This document shows positions 10,764 through 20,895 of a stretch of DNA of 64,000 nucleotides, piece by piece (the first letter of the stretch is position 1; each line of letters starts with the position of its first letter). The DNA comes from a virus. The stretch is from the IMG/VR virus record IMGVR_UViG_3300032070_000613, positions 64,001 to 128,000 of that record; one strand, written 5' to 3'. The position numbers and the translations under genes were made by a program. The notes beneath the pieces were generated by a model that saw only the letters and a list, made by a program, of their open reading frames with translations, ran no database searches and was not told the DNA's origin.

Positions 10764-13700
10764 TACCAGCACCAGTAATCCTATATCCTAAAACTGACTG
10801 GACCACTACAGCAGATACCTACTCATCGGATAACCTGATCCAGATGATATCAGGAGATATCCCTGTAGTACCGGCAGACATAGTAATCAATACTTTTTTC
10901 AGTATACGATATCGCTATAGGATCGAGAATACCTCGGGCCCAGGCACCTGGACGGCTTTCTCGTATGTGGGTATCACTGTCGGTAGTACAAACGCTAATA
11001 TGACTGCCATCCCCTGGTCATTCAATAGTGATGGAGTCTTTCAGTATGTGGCGGGGGACACCCTGCATTTCGAGTACAAGACAGTGAAATTGAGCAGCTA
11101 CTACGGAGAAGTAGGCCCTATCCTGGATGAGAGCTCAGTATCTAATCTCATCGTGAATATCGTGACACCCTCGGAGATTACAGCCTCCGCGGACCCCGTC
11201 ACTGGAGTAAAAATAAAACGATATACGGACCATATCAAAGTGATCGCCCCTCAATCAGGGATATTCCTGAATCCGGACTGCGATTTCGCGGGATGCAATT
11301 TTTACCTGAGCCTCACCGCGGGCGGCGGGACTACTGGCTACGTCCTGATGAATAACGTGCTGGTCACTAGTGTGGACGACTCGGAAACAGAAGACGTAGT
11401 CATACAGGATACATCGACTACGGACACTGTAAATAATTTGACGGTACAGACTCTGAAGACTCGTCAGGTGACAAACCTGTACTATACGTATACTCTCGAT
11501 AAGGCGGTCATAGCCCATCTGGTCGTCGATGGAAAAATACCGAATATTTTTCTATCAGACGGTCAGACCCTGAGCGAGGATGTCGTCTACTATTTCATAG
11601 TGACAGCTATGATATTTGATAAAACTCTGAATGAGACGGTAGAGAGTCCTTATTCTATAGAGCTCGAGGGCACGTTTTTAAGATACACCACGACCTATCA
11701 GACTCTGCCTAAAAGATCACGCAGTGATATACTGTTTTCCATATCTCAGGACATGATGACTAACAATGAGCTGATCAGTGTCATACCGGGATCTGTCATC
11801 AGAGATATGCTCGACCCGGTCTCTTTGGAGTTTGAGAAATTTTATGTGATTGAAGATTTCATTTTTACCACCCTATCCATAGATACTCTGTTAAATTTTG
11901 ACGACCAGGATGGAGATGGGGAGAGTGATCCTGTGGAGCTCAACCCCCGTAAGAGCGCCCTGATGAATGCTCTGGGTATCACAGACCCGGTCAATCTGCA
12001 GCTGCTGATAGATGAGCAGTTCGATAAACTGGCGGCTAATTTTAATATCAAAAGGAAACTCGCTACGAAAGCCGTGGGTACGGTATTGTTCTATACGAAC
12101 ATACAGCCCACTCAGAATATCCTGATCTCAGACGGCCTCATCGTATCCTCCCAGGCTAACCTGGACCTGAATATAGCCTCTATCTCTTTCTCTGTGCAGG
12201 GTAGTCAGATAATCGATATAACGAATCTGGTACATTACTATAACCCCACTACGAAGCAATATGAATTAGAAGCCAATATACAGGCGCAGCTAGTGGGGAG
12301 TAGGGGTAATGTCCCTGCAGGATCAATCATAGTATCGAATAGTCTCCCGCCTACTATAGCGGTGACAAATAGCGCTCCTACGCGTTTTGGTACGGACAGG
12401 GAGACGAACCAGGACCTGGCGAATAGAATAAAATTAGCCAAAATATCTTTCGACTCTGGCACAGAGGGTGGATATAGTGATACCGCCTACAATGTGCCGG
12501 GGGTCCTACAAGCCCGTATCCAGAAAGCTGGAGACCCTCTGATGATGAGGGACTACGATCCTGAGACAAAAAAGCATATAGGCGGTAAAGTAGACGTTTA
12601 TGTAAAGGGTATAAACAATGTCCAGCTGATGGACCAGGTAGCTTTCAAATATGATTATCCTACGGATACCTTCGGGAATAAAGTGGGGGAGCAGGCATCT
12701 ATAATAAATGCCAATGAATATACAGTGAGGACCACGAACTCAAAAGTGACCGACCTCAGCCCTATAGTCTCTGTGAGTAAAGTCCGAAACCTCACAAAAG
12801 CTAAAGACTACAGTCTGGTAGGACTACAGATCATAGGAGATGGAGATACGATAGTACTCGAAAAGAACTACCAGAACCTGTCCATAGGTATGGCTACTCT
12901 GGACGTGATAGAAATAAATTATCTGTATAGGAGCTCGAATAGCATCGTCCTGACCAGTCAGCCTGTAGAAGAGATAGTGTCTGTGGTGTCCTCTACTGGA
13001 GTCGTGATAGATACATCTAAATATACTCTGGTAAAGATTGAGGACCCCCTGCAGAACGGTAGATCGAGTATAGCCAGTGACTCTATTAAATTTTTCTTTA
13101 ATGAAAATGATGACATACCGGAGTTTATCCAGATCACTAATGAATCCCATACTATGCTTTTGGATACGCCCACCAGGCTGTCTCTAAAAGGTGTAGATAT
13201 TTCCACTATAGTGGTCGGGCCTGGGAGTGGTACGGGTCCCGCCTATTTGCTGGACGTCGATTACTCTGTGACAGTGGGCAGTGAGTCTGCCTATACGTAT
13301 CTCAATTTACTCCAGCATGGTAAAATCCGTCATGGGGACACCGTCCTGGTGTCATATAAAGCCAGTGAAAATTACAGTGTCACCTATATCCACAATGGTT
13401 TGATACCGGAGGTGCAGGACGCGATAGATGTCATGAAGCATGCCTGCGCGGATACTGTCGTGAAAGAATCTGTGAGGAATCTCATAGATCTCAGTTTTAG
13501 AGTAGTCCGTGAGACGGGTACTGGTAAAGGTGGTGAGACGAATTACAGTCTGCTCAAATCTCGTATACAGACGGCGGTAGCCAACTATCTGGCCAATTTA
13601 AAAATGGGAGATACGTTCACTCAGGGTGAACTCATCAGCGTCATACATGGAGTGGATGGAGTGAAAGAAATAAAGATACCCATGACGCGCATGATGAAGC

Positions 13701-14146
13701 GTAATGGATCTTTTATATCTCTGGATGATCTGGGTCATTTGACTTTCGAGGTATATCAGAAAACCAGCGGTAGTGGAGTCACATCGTATCGTACGATGGA
13801 AAATGTGCTCAGCTATAAGACATCGAATGGCGGGGGAGACCCCAATTTGTTTCGAGGGATATACGAGGACAATATCCTCCTCACCACAGTCACCTCAGCG
13901 TCGGACGTCGCCAAAGGACAGGGCAGAGGCTATATACAGGCTGATGGGAGGATCGTGGTGAGTACGACGGACGGGTACGCTCCTCAGTCTAAATATTACA
14001 AAGCGTCCTATTACACATACTATGCCGCGGATGAGAATATTGTACAGGATCTCGTGACCAATGAGGTGGAGTATCTGGATGTGGATAGTGTCAGTATGAG
14101 GGATATAGAGATTTTGGATGAGAGAGTAACAAAACGAGGACTATAA
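10760..14146 (+). CDS. Baseplate J-like (gp6-type) wedge protein
   Basis: PGSVIRD, DKLAANFNIKRKLATKAVGTVLF, GSRGNVPAGSI, GTDRETNQDLANRI, GGKVDVYV, IHGVDGVKEI. Confidence 0.88.
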   Translation: MIPAPVILYPKTDWTTTADTYSSDNLIQMISGDIPVVPADIVINTFFSIRYRYRIENTSGPGTWTAFSYVGITVGSTNANMTAIPWSFNSDGVFQYVAGDTLHFEYKTVKLSSYYGEVGPILDESSVSNLIVNIVTPSEITASADPVTGVKIKRYTDHIKVIAPQSGIFLNPDCDFAGCNFYLSLTAGGGTTGYVLMNNVLVTSVDDSETEDVVIQDTSTTDTVNNLTVQTLKTRQVTNLYYTYTLDKAVIAHLVVDGKIPNIFLSDGQTLSEDVVYYFIVTAMIFDKTLNETVESPYSIELEGTFLRYTTTYQTLPKRSRSDILFSISQDMMTNNELISVIPGSVIRDMLDPVSLEFEKFYVIEDFIFTTLSIDTLLNFDDQDGDGESDPVELNPRKSALMNALGITDPVNLQLLIDEQFDKLAANFNIKRKLATKAVGTVLFYTNIQPTQNILISDGLIVSSQANLDLNIASISFSVQGSQIIDITNLVHYYNPTTKQYELEANIQAQLVGSRGNVPAGSIIVSNSLPPTIAVTNSAPTRFGTDRETNQDLANRIKLAKISFDSGTEGGYSDTAYNVPGVLQARIQKAGDPLMMRDYDPETKKHIGGKVDVYVKGINNVQLMDQVAFKYDYPTDTFGNKVGEQASIINANEYTVRTTNSKVTDLSPIVSVSKVRNLTKAKDYSLVGLQIIGDGDTIVLEKNYQNLSIGMATLDVIEINYLYRSSNSIVLTSQPVEEIVSVVSSTGVVIDTSKYTLVKIEDPLQNGRSSIASDSIKFFFNENDDIPEFIQITNESHTMLLDTPTRLSLKGVDISTIVVGPGSGTGPAYLLDVDYSVTVGSESAYTYLNLLQHGKIRHGDTVLVSYKASENYSVTYIHNGLIPEVQDAIDVMKHACADTVVKESVRNLIDLSFRVVRETGTGKGGETNYSLLKSRIQTAVANYLANLKMGDTFTQGELISVIHGVDGVKEIKIPMTRMMKRNGSFISLDDLGHLTFEVYQKTSGSGVTSYRTMENVLSYKTSNGGGDPNLFRGIYEDNILLTTVTSASDVAKGQGRGYIQADGRIVVSTTDGYAPQSKYYKASYYTYYAADENIVQDLVTNEVEYLDVDSVSMRDIEILDERVTKRGL

Positions 14147-14147
14147 A

Positions 14148-17100
14148 ATGGCTATCAATCAAGGTGAAAATGTATCGACGTCCTATGAGGGTAGTGGGTA
14201 TGCTTTCGATAAAGTTTATTTTCAGCCTGGGAAGCCTATTCTCAGCTCTGAATTGAATTTATCACAGGAGCAGCTCGAGACACTGACTCAGAAATCCACG
14301 GCGCATATGCCGTCCGGATGGCTCAGCTATCGTCCTATCTATACCGCCAAAGATCTCGGGAACAGTTTCTATACGCAGGACCCTGACGCTCCCAAGCCCG
14401 AGGTGGCTCTGGTGAATGGATGGCCTGTGTATGTCACGAATACCAATACTCCTTTAAAGCATATAAATAAAATATCGTTTGATGATAATGATCTCCGCTC
14501 CGGGTCTCGTGTGGATGGAGTGTTTCTGGAGGTATGGAGATCTCTCATATCTCCTCAGGATTCATCTGAGACAGTCGATGGTACAGTAAAACCCCAGCCG
14601 ATAGTGAGAGTGAGTACTCTCAATAGTGTGTGGATCTACAATGAAAACATCGGGTGGTCGGTAGGAGAGAACGGTACTATTCTGAAAACCATCGATGGAG
14701 GCAACAACTGGAAAACCATAAACACTCCCATCAATGTCAATTTCAAAAAAGTAAAATTTCTGGATTTGGATATAGGCTATGCCGTATCTGATAAAGGGCA
14801 TATCATCAAGAGTGTGGATAGTGGTGAGTCCTGGTTTTCATTAGATACTCCTATCACGGATGATCTGAATGATTTGTATATCATAGATGCTCAACATGTC
14901 TGCGTGGTCGGCAATAATGGTACCATACTGCTGTCGATTGATGGTACGCATTTCAATTTGGTATCTCAGACCGCGGGTAACATTGATAATCTGTATGGAG
15001 TGACTTTTTTTGATACCTCGGTGGGATGGACGGTGGGAGACAACGGTGCCCTACTGATGACGAAAGATGGGGGAAACTCCTGGCAGAAATATATCGTCAA
15101 CGATTCATCTACCAGCACGGTAATCACCGAGAAACTGCTGTCTGTAGCTTTTTACAATCTGAATGACGGTATCATAGTGGGAGCCGATGGTCTGCTGCTG
15201 CGGTCTACCGACAGTGGATTCACGTGGGCTAATATGTCATCGAGGATATGGCATGATGGGTCATATCAGACTATACAGGAGATATTCCCGGGTAGCACTA
15301 TAGATTTCAACAGAGTGTTTATCAGGGAAGAGTTTCCGATACGTTTTACTATCGCGGTATATCCTGACTCTAAGAATTTTTTCAAAAATCTGCTGTATAA
15401 GATATCTCCCACGAACTATCCGAACTCTCTGGTTTTGGAGTTCACGGGGACGCAGGATAATATCAACTACGTAAAAGTCCTCGATCTGGATAGCTACGCT
15501 ACCTCAGAAGCCCTACGGGATGCTATCAACAATCTGACGAGCGCCTATAGAGCGGACGACGCCTCGCTGCCTGATGTGCAGCGTCAGAAGGTGCGCGTAT
15601 TCGAGGCCTCTATAGAATATGAATCTTTCTCCAAACCGTCTGATTTCCGGCCTACGTCGGGGAGTTTCTCCAGTATCAATCCTGCGCAGATATCTTTTTC
15701 CGTAGAGGATAAAGCATGGATAGCTGGCAGCAATGGAGTAGCTCTCGTCAGCAGCAACAGTGGATCTAAATGGGAGGTCCTCGACCTCAGCACGGGATAT
15801 GATTTACAGGATGCGTATTTTGTATCGGATACCAAAGGATGGTTTTCGGGGGCCCAGGGCACTATCATAGGCTATGACGGTGGACTAGTCTCCCCCATAG
15901 AGACGCAGAGTACTGATCTGATCACCAGAGTGCAGGGTAGAATTTTCCCAGAGGGTAACGTACTCTCCATGGCTGAAGATTATTTGAAAGATAATATCAT
16001 AGATCCTCAGGTGGGTGTAGAGACTACCAAGAGAGTGCAGATACAGTATAGGATCAGGATAGTCAGCGGTATAGATCCTTTTAATCATCCTGAGGCTGGG
16101 CTGGGGCATGACTACGTGTATAGTATGGGTCCTAGCACCAGTGTGACCTCCGCAGGTAACTATACCTTTACGAATATGGGTCAGGAGAATGGGGACTATG
16201 GTCTCTGGCGTGCCCGGTGTCGGAGTACGTATGATGGGTATAGCTGGGCCATACCGATGTTTTTTGTTTCTCGCAGGAACTCAGGTGCTTTCAATGTCGA
16301 TAACAATATCAACGGGTCCACCTATTTTGATCTGAGTGCTATACGTCCTGATGGATTGACGTACGAGCAGATCACTGATGATGATGTGACTGACATACGC
16401 AGGCAGGTGGTCATACAATCTTATAGTCATTTTCTGCAGAAAAATCTGGAGAAGCTGCTATCGAATAATCTCAAAACTAGTCTGAGTGATAAAGATCAAC
16501 GGGGTCTGCAGTATGGTACCTCTATTTTGATGGCTGATCAATATACCGGTACTACAGATATTGAAAATCTCGTCCGAGGAGGAGTGTCTTCAGCCGCGGT
16601 CATCGTGGAGGATCAGAAACTGCTGGACCCGAATATACAGATCACGGAGGCGGAGCTGACATTCGGACCGCGGGATAACGGTCTGTATCATAATGACCCG
16701 GCATATTATAGTGCCTATGTAGTGAGGGACGGTACGCCTACAGCGGAGCCTGTGCAAGGTACGTGGGAAGGGCTGGGCACGAATACGGTCATTTTTCATA
16801 TAGCTGATAATTTCACTCCAGCGGGTGGGACTCTGGATGGGATACAGTATCAGGTGACTGCTCATTACATTGATTACTCTCGTGTAGGTCTCACGAGAGT
16901 GCCGCAGACTCCCATATCCGTGAAGTATCAAGCGGATCCTGTAAACTCTGCTCAGACCTATTATTTCAATGGTGTGGATGCTCGTGGTGATAGGCGGATA
17001 CTCGAGTATCTGACTGAGAATGTGTCTGGGTATATGGATTATACGTATATCTATTCCGCCAAAACGGTACTCGATAATGTACAGGATCAGAATCTTTATG

Positions 17101-18581
17101 AGCTTTTGGGGCATACGGCTATAAATGATCCTGACGCTCAAAAGAGTTTGAGAAAATATGAGGGGCAGCAGTTTCGAGGGTCGCTGGTAGAGTATCATTA
17201 TTTCATGCAGACGACGGTCTCTACTGACGTACTCCGTATCCCGAAAAATTTAAATGGGTATGCTATTTATGGTGTGCGCTCCGTCCATAATGTGACTGGG
17301 GCCTCATACAAAATCTCCATAGATTTCGCGGGAGATCTCTCCATGCGGGATAGAGAGATAGTGGGAGTCACTCTCGATAAAGATAACATCGTCGTCTATC
17401 TGGATGAGGCTTTTACCATACCTGCTAATGCTATCCTGGAGGTGACTCTGGAGGCGTGCGTACCGGGGAGTGCTCTCGGTGGTGCTACAGCAGATACAGG
17501 TATCACGGTGTCTAGCACTGGAGAGAATCAGGATGCTCTGAGGACCTCGTTTACGTCTAATTTTAATGTAGCGTCTAGAGGAGTGGGTGGGATGTATGTA
17601 GGAGTGCTATATCCTGTTACTCTTACTGGTCTCACTACAATTTTTCCTATAGACCTCGATACTTCTGCGGTATCAGGGCTGGTCGGTGGTACTATACTGG
17701 GTATGATATCGTGTGAGACCAAGGAGAAAACTTATCAGCCATATTTGTGGTATCAGGCGTCGTCACTCCCTCCTCAGAATAATTATTTCACGATGGTGCC
17801 TGTGTCTTCTATTGATCAGCTGGGGACGTCATCGATTATAGTGACTATAGATCCCAGGAAAGCCGTGCAAGCTGGGACGATACTAGTGCCTCTCCTGGTG
17901 AAACTGGCGACGCTGCCGTATCTGGCCGCCTCGTCTGTAGCTACTGCGTTTTATAAGTTTGTGCCGTATCAGACAGTGGGCAATTTGCCTGCTGAGCTCA
18001 CTGTAGAGATCCTGAACATGTCCGATTTCGTATATATCACTAATCTAGGTACTGGAGCCAGTGAGGTGATACGTGGGGAGCCTTATGAGATACCCGCGGA
18101 GCATATAGCAGTGAATGATGACTCCGTGCAGAATGATAATACATTCTCAAACGTGGATGATCTCGATTTTAATAATTTCAGGATAGATACCGGATTCGTG
18201 AAAATGCCTGGTATCCTGTCTCAATATGTGGGAGAGGATATTACTTTATCGAGCCCTAATAACATAGGGGACAAAGTCGGCAGGTCTTTTTATGCGGTCA
18301 GTTCTGTGGATGTCGTAGCGCAGTCTGAGAGTATGACTATAGGTACTCCCAGGAAAGTTTTTGTGCCTATGGTCGCTAGAGTACGATCGGATGTCACGTA
18401 TCCATTCGTAAGGGGTGAGATAGTCCTGCTGATTTTCAGTAAAGTCTATAAAGCCCGTCTCGATAACAAGACAGGATATTTTGAGGATACTGATACGGAG
18501 TATGCTCCTGGGTATATAGAAAACGCTGAGACTGCAGTTTCAGTGTATAGATTGGTTAATAGGCCTCTCGTCCGGAAATAA
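14148..18581 (+). CDS. DUF4815-like baseplate/fibre-attachment protein with an inserted Ycf48/BNR-type beta-propeller
   Basis: N-terminal FDKVYFQPGKPILSSELN; repeated GW.VG.NG.IL.T.DGG..W blades (~14590-15900); paralogous to 47179..50508; SD GAGGA before the ATG. Confidence 0.75.
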   Translation: MAINQGENVSTSYEGSGYAFDKVYFQPGKPILSSELNLSQEQLETLTQKSTAHMPSGWLSYRPIYTAKDLGNSFYTQDPDAPKPEVALVNGWPVYVTNTNTPLKHINKISFDDNDLRSGSRVDGVFLEVWRSLISPQDSSETVDGTVKPQPIVRVSTLNSVWIYNENIGWSVGENGTILKTIDGGNNWKTINTPINVNFKKVKFLDLDIGYAVSDKGHIIKSVDSGESWFSLDTPITDDLNDLYIIDAQHVCVVGNNGTILLSIDGTHFNLVSQTAGNIDNLYGVTFFDTSVGWTVGDNGALLMTKDGGNSWQKYIVNDSSTSTVITEKLLSVAFYNLNDGIIVGADGLLLRSTDSGFTWANMSSRIWHDGSYQTIQEIFPGSTIDFNRVFIREEFPIRFTIAVYPDSKNFFKNLLYKISPTNYPNSLVLEFTGTQDNINYVKVLDLDSYATSEALRDAINNLTSAYRADDASLPDVQRQKVRVFEASIEYESFSKPSDFRPTSGSFSSINPAQISFSVEDKAWIAGSNGVALVSSNSGSKWEVLDLSTGYDLQDAYFVSDTKGWFSGAQGTIIGYDGGLVSPIETQSTDLITRVQGRIFPEGNVLSMAEDYLKDNIIDPQVGVETTKRVQIQYRIRIVSGIDPFNHPEAGLGHDYVYSMGPSTSVTSAGNYTFTNMGQENGDYGLWRARCRSTYDGYSWAIPMFFVSRRNSGAFNVDNNINGSTYFDLSAIRPDGLTYEQITDDDVTDIRRQVVIQSYSHFLQKNLEKLLSNNLKTSLSDKDQRGLQYGTSILMADQYTGTTDIENLVRGGVSSAAVIVEDQKLLDPNIQITEAELTFGPRDNGLYHNDPAYYSAYVVRDGTPTAEPVQGTWEGLGTNTVIFHIADNFTPAGGTLDGIQYQVTAHYIDYSRVGLTRVPQTPISVKYQADPVNSAQTYYFNGVDARGDRRILEYLTENVSGYMDYTYIYSAKTVLDNVQDQNLYELLGHTAINDPDAQKSLRKYEGQQFRGSLVEYHYFMQTTVSTDVLRIPKNLNGYAIYGVRSVHNVTGASYKISIDFAGDLSMRDREIVGVTLDKDNIVVYLDEAFTIPANAILEVTLEACVPGSALGGATADTGITVSSTGENQDALRTSFTSNFNVASRGVGGMYVGVLYPVTLTGLTTIFPIDLDTSAVSGLVGGTILGMISCETKEKTYQPYLWYQASSLPPQNNYFTMVPVSSIDQLGTSSIIVTIDPRKAVQAGTILVPLLVKLATLPYLAASSVATAFYKFVPYQTVGNLPAELTVEILNMSDFVYITNLGTGASEVIRGEPYEIPAEHIAVNDDSVQNDNTFSNVDDLDFNNFRIDTGFVKMPGILSQYVGEDITLSSPNNIGDKVGRSFYAVSSVDVVAQSESMTIGTPRKVFVPMVARVRSDVTYPFVRGEIVLLIFSKVYKARLDNKTGYFEDTDTEYAPGYIENAETAVSVYRLVNRPLVRK

Positions 18582-18589
18582 AATAGCAA

Positions 18590-19699
18590 ATGGATAACAC
18601 AAATCTCATATATGAAATCCGTAATGCGGATGGCACTATAGATTATGTAGTAAATCTGGGGGCCGTCCTTTATAATGAGCGTGTGCTGAATATCAGCAAT
18701 CTGATCATTCCTCTACGCAGTCAGTCTTTTTTTACGCTCCCTGAGGATAAAGGTAAATTTGCCGCGGTCAATGTTTATTATAATCCGGATGATGGAGTGT
18801 TCGTTTTTGATCCGGTTATAAAATCAGATATTTTTATCCAGAACGTATCCTCAGATGCTCTCTCTAACTATCTCCCTATAGCTCAATTCATCATTCAGGA
18901 AGCCTATGGTAGTTTCGACGTACTCGTCGTCAATCAATTTTCTAAAATGTCGACTTTTTCCATCACCCAGCAGTTTGAGCAGGGTGATAGAGGCTCACAG
19001 GGGCCCGTAGGAGACACGGGACTCGCCGGATATGTGGGAGTGAGGGGATTGACGGGTCTCGATGGTTTGGCGGGGTTTACGGGCTTCCAGGGAGTCACTG
19101 GGATGGGGACGCAGGGTGCGAGGGGTCCTCAGGGGGAGACTGGTTTATATCCGTCTACAGAGTTACTTTATTACAGTAAATTCAAATCTGATAGTATACA
19201 GCTCGTGGATTATTCTGTTTTTGAAAGAGATCTCGTATGGGGTTCTACGGGGGCGGGGTATACGGGGATAGGATATACGGGTGTAGGTTTAGGGGATACA
19301 GGAGAATTTTTTGTTCCTCAGACTTTATCAGCCTATGTAGTTGAGGATGGTATCGTTGATCAGTGTCAGTCGATTACGTATAGAGGTGGGGTGTCTTCTT
19401 ATACGTGTACGGGATTTATAGGGTTCACGGGGACTATTCAGGCGTGGGTGCGTTTAGACGTGCCACCGCAGGCGGATTTTTCTTATGTAGTGAGTACGAG
19501 TAGTTCTTTGAGATATACGTTCACGGATATTTCTACGATGTCTCCTACTCGGTGGGAGTGGGATTTAGGGGATGGTGGAGGGACTGTTACGGCATCCAGT
19601 TTTTCATATTTGTATTCGGCGCATGGGGATTATATAGTGACGCTCCGGGCGTATAATGCCGCGGGAGTTTCTGAGCGTTCTAAAGTCATTACTGTTTAG
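18590..19699 (+). CDS. Fibre-associated protein: N-terminal domain, short collagen, partial LamG-like segment, PKD domain
   Basis: G-x-x run GDRGSQGPVGDTG...GPQGETG; GTIQAWVR; PKD WEWDLGDG...YSAHGDYIVTLRAYN. Confidence 0.75.
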   Translation: MDNTNLIYEIRNADGTIDYVVNLGAVLYNERVLNISNLIIPLRSQSFFTLPEDKGKFAAVNVYYNPDDGVFVFDPVIKSDIFIQNVSSDALSNYLPIAQFIIQEAYGSFDVLVVNQFSKMSTFSITQQFEQGDRGSQGPVGDTGLAGYVGVRGLTGLDGLAGFTGFQGVTGMGTQGARGPQGETGLYPSTELLYYSKFKSDSIQLVDYSVFERDLVWGSTGAGYTGIGYTGVGLGDTGEFFVPQTLSAYVVEDGIVDQCQSITYRGGVSSYTCTGFIGFTGTIQAWVRLDVPPQADFSYVVSTSSSLRYTFTDISTMSPTRWEWDLGDGGGTVTASSFSYLYSAHGDYIVTLRAYNAAGVSERSKVITV

Positions 19700-19710
19700 T
19701 AGGTTTTTAT

Positions 19711-20367
19711 ATGGCTATTGTAGCTGATTTCACGGTATCGAGTAGAGTGGGTGACAGTTTCAACACTGTTACTTTCGCTGATGCTTCTACGGGTGTTATT
19801 ACGTCCAGGAAGTGGATATTGGGTGATGGGGAGGTAGTGGAGGGGAATGAGACTACCGTAAAACACACTTATTTGGCTGCGGGTACGTATGATGTGACAC
19901 TCGTTGTACAGGATAGTACGGATCAGGATAGTGAGACTAAAGTCGGGTATATCATAGTCAACGATATTAGGCCTACGCCGAATTTCATTATCATGCAATC
20001 TTTTGAGAGATCTTCTGGATCATACTGGAGGTTTTATATAGACACTGCGTTTCATCTGGTTTTTGAGACGCATCAATATATTTATCGTTCGAACGATAGG
20101 GTGATAGATATCAGGCAGTGGGCTTTAGTGCAGTTTGATTTTCTTTCTGAGAAAATGCACTGGGGATCGTATTTGGGTCATTATAAGGAGATAGGGTCTC
20201 ATAAATCAGTGAATGCGTCTCCTTTGGTTCTTTCGAGGTCGGGGACGGACATAGCTCCTGACAGTACTGTAAAGTTAGATGAGCTTAAAGTGTGGTCGGT
20301 AGAGAAAAATTTGAGTGAGTATCACAGCGCCACTCGAGGTCGAGCGGGCTATTTAGATTTGAGGTGA
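19711..20367 (+). CDS. PKD domain plus C-terminal partial LamG-like segment
   Basis: ADFTVS...WILGDG...HTYLAAGTYDVTLVV; WALVQFD...KLDELKVWS. Confidence 0.75.
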   Translation: MAIVADFTVSSRVGDSFNTVTFADASTGVITSRKWILGDGEVVEGNETTVKHTYLAAGTYDVTLVVQDSTDQDSETKVGYIIVNDIRPTPNFIIMQSFERSSGSYWRFYIDTAFHLVFETHQYIYRSNDRVIDIRQWALVQFDFLSEKMHWGSYLGHYKEIGSHKSVNASPLVLSRSGTDIAPDSTVKLDELKVWSVEKNLSEYHSATRGRAGYLDLR

Positions 20368-20371
20368 GTAC

Positions 20372-20860
20372 ATGGTCACTGCAGACATTCTTTTATACAA
20401 GAATGGGGAGACGGGGCCGAGCGGAGAGAGCGGCCTTTTTTTGTATGCTGCCCCATTATCCGCTCAGTTTAAAGTCAGTGTGACGAGCGGTATTCCCACG
20501 GCGTTTCATTGGGATTTTGGGGATGGGGGGATTAGTGATGTGCGGGAGCCTTATCATACTTTCAGTTCTTATGGGCGGCATCGGATAGTATTGACTACGA
20601 CTGATTCTGTTGGTACGGATATTTTTATTTTCGATCTTATTCTAGGCAAATTAGATTTTTATGCTGATGTTGTGAGGGGATTGAGTCCTTTGACGGTGCG
20701 GTTTGAGGATCAGAGTGTAGCGCCGCTTGGGTGTCATTTCACCGGGGCTGTCTGGAATTTTGGGGATGGTTTGACGGGTATGGCTCCTAGCATTAGTCAT
20801 GTTTATACTGAGAATGGTAAATATAATGTGAGTCTGAGTGCTTTATTTACTGATGTGTGA
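20372..20860 (+). CDS. Tandem PKD-domain protein
   Basis: Two W.FGDG...H.Y/F...G.Y/H motifs. Confidence 0.8.
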   Translation: MVTADILLYKNGETGPSGESGLFLYAAPLSAQFKVSVTSGIPTAFHWDFGDGGISDVREPYHTFSSYGRHRIVLTTTDSVGTDIFIFDLILGKLDFYADVVRGLSPLTVRFEDQSVAPLGCHFTGAVWNFGDGLTGMAPSISHVYTENGKYNVSLSALFTDV

Positions 20861-20895
20861 TGGATGCCTAAATGAATCAATGAATGAGCTGTAGT

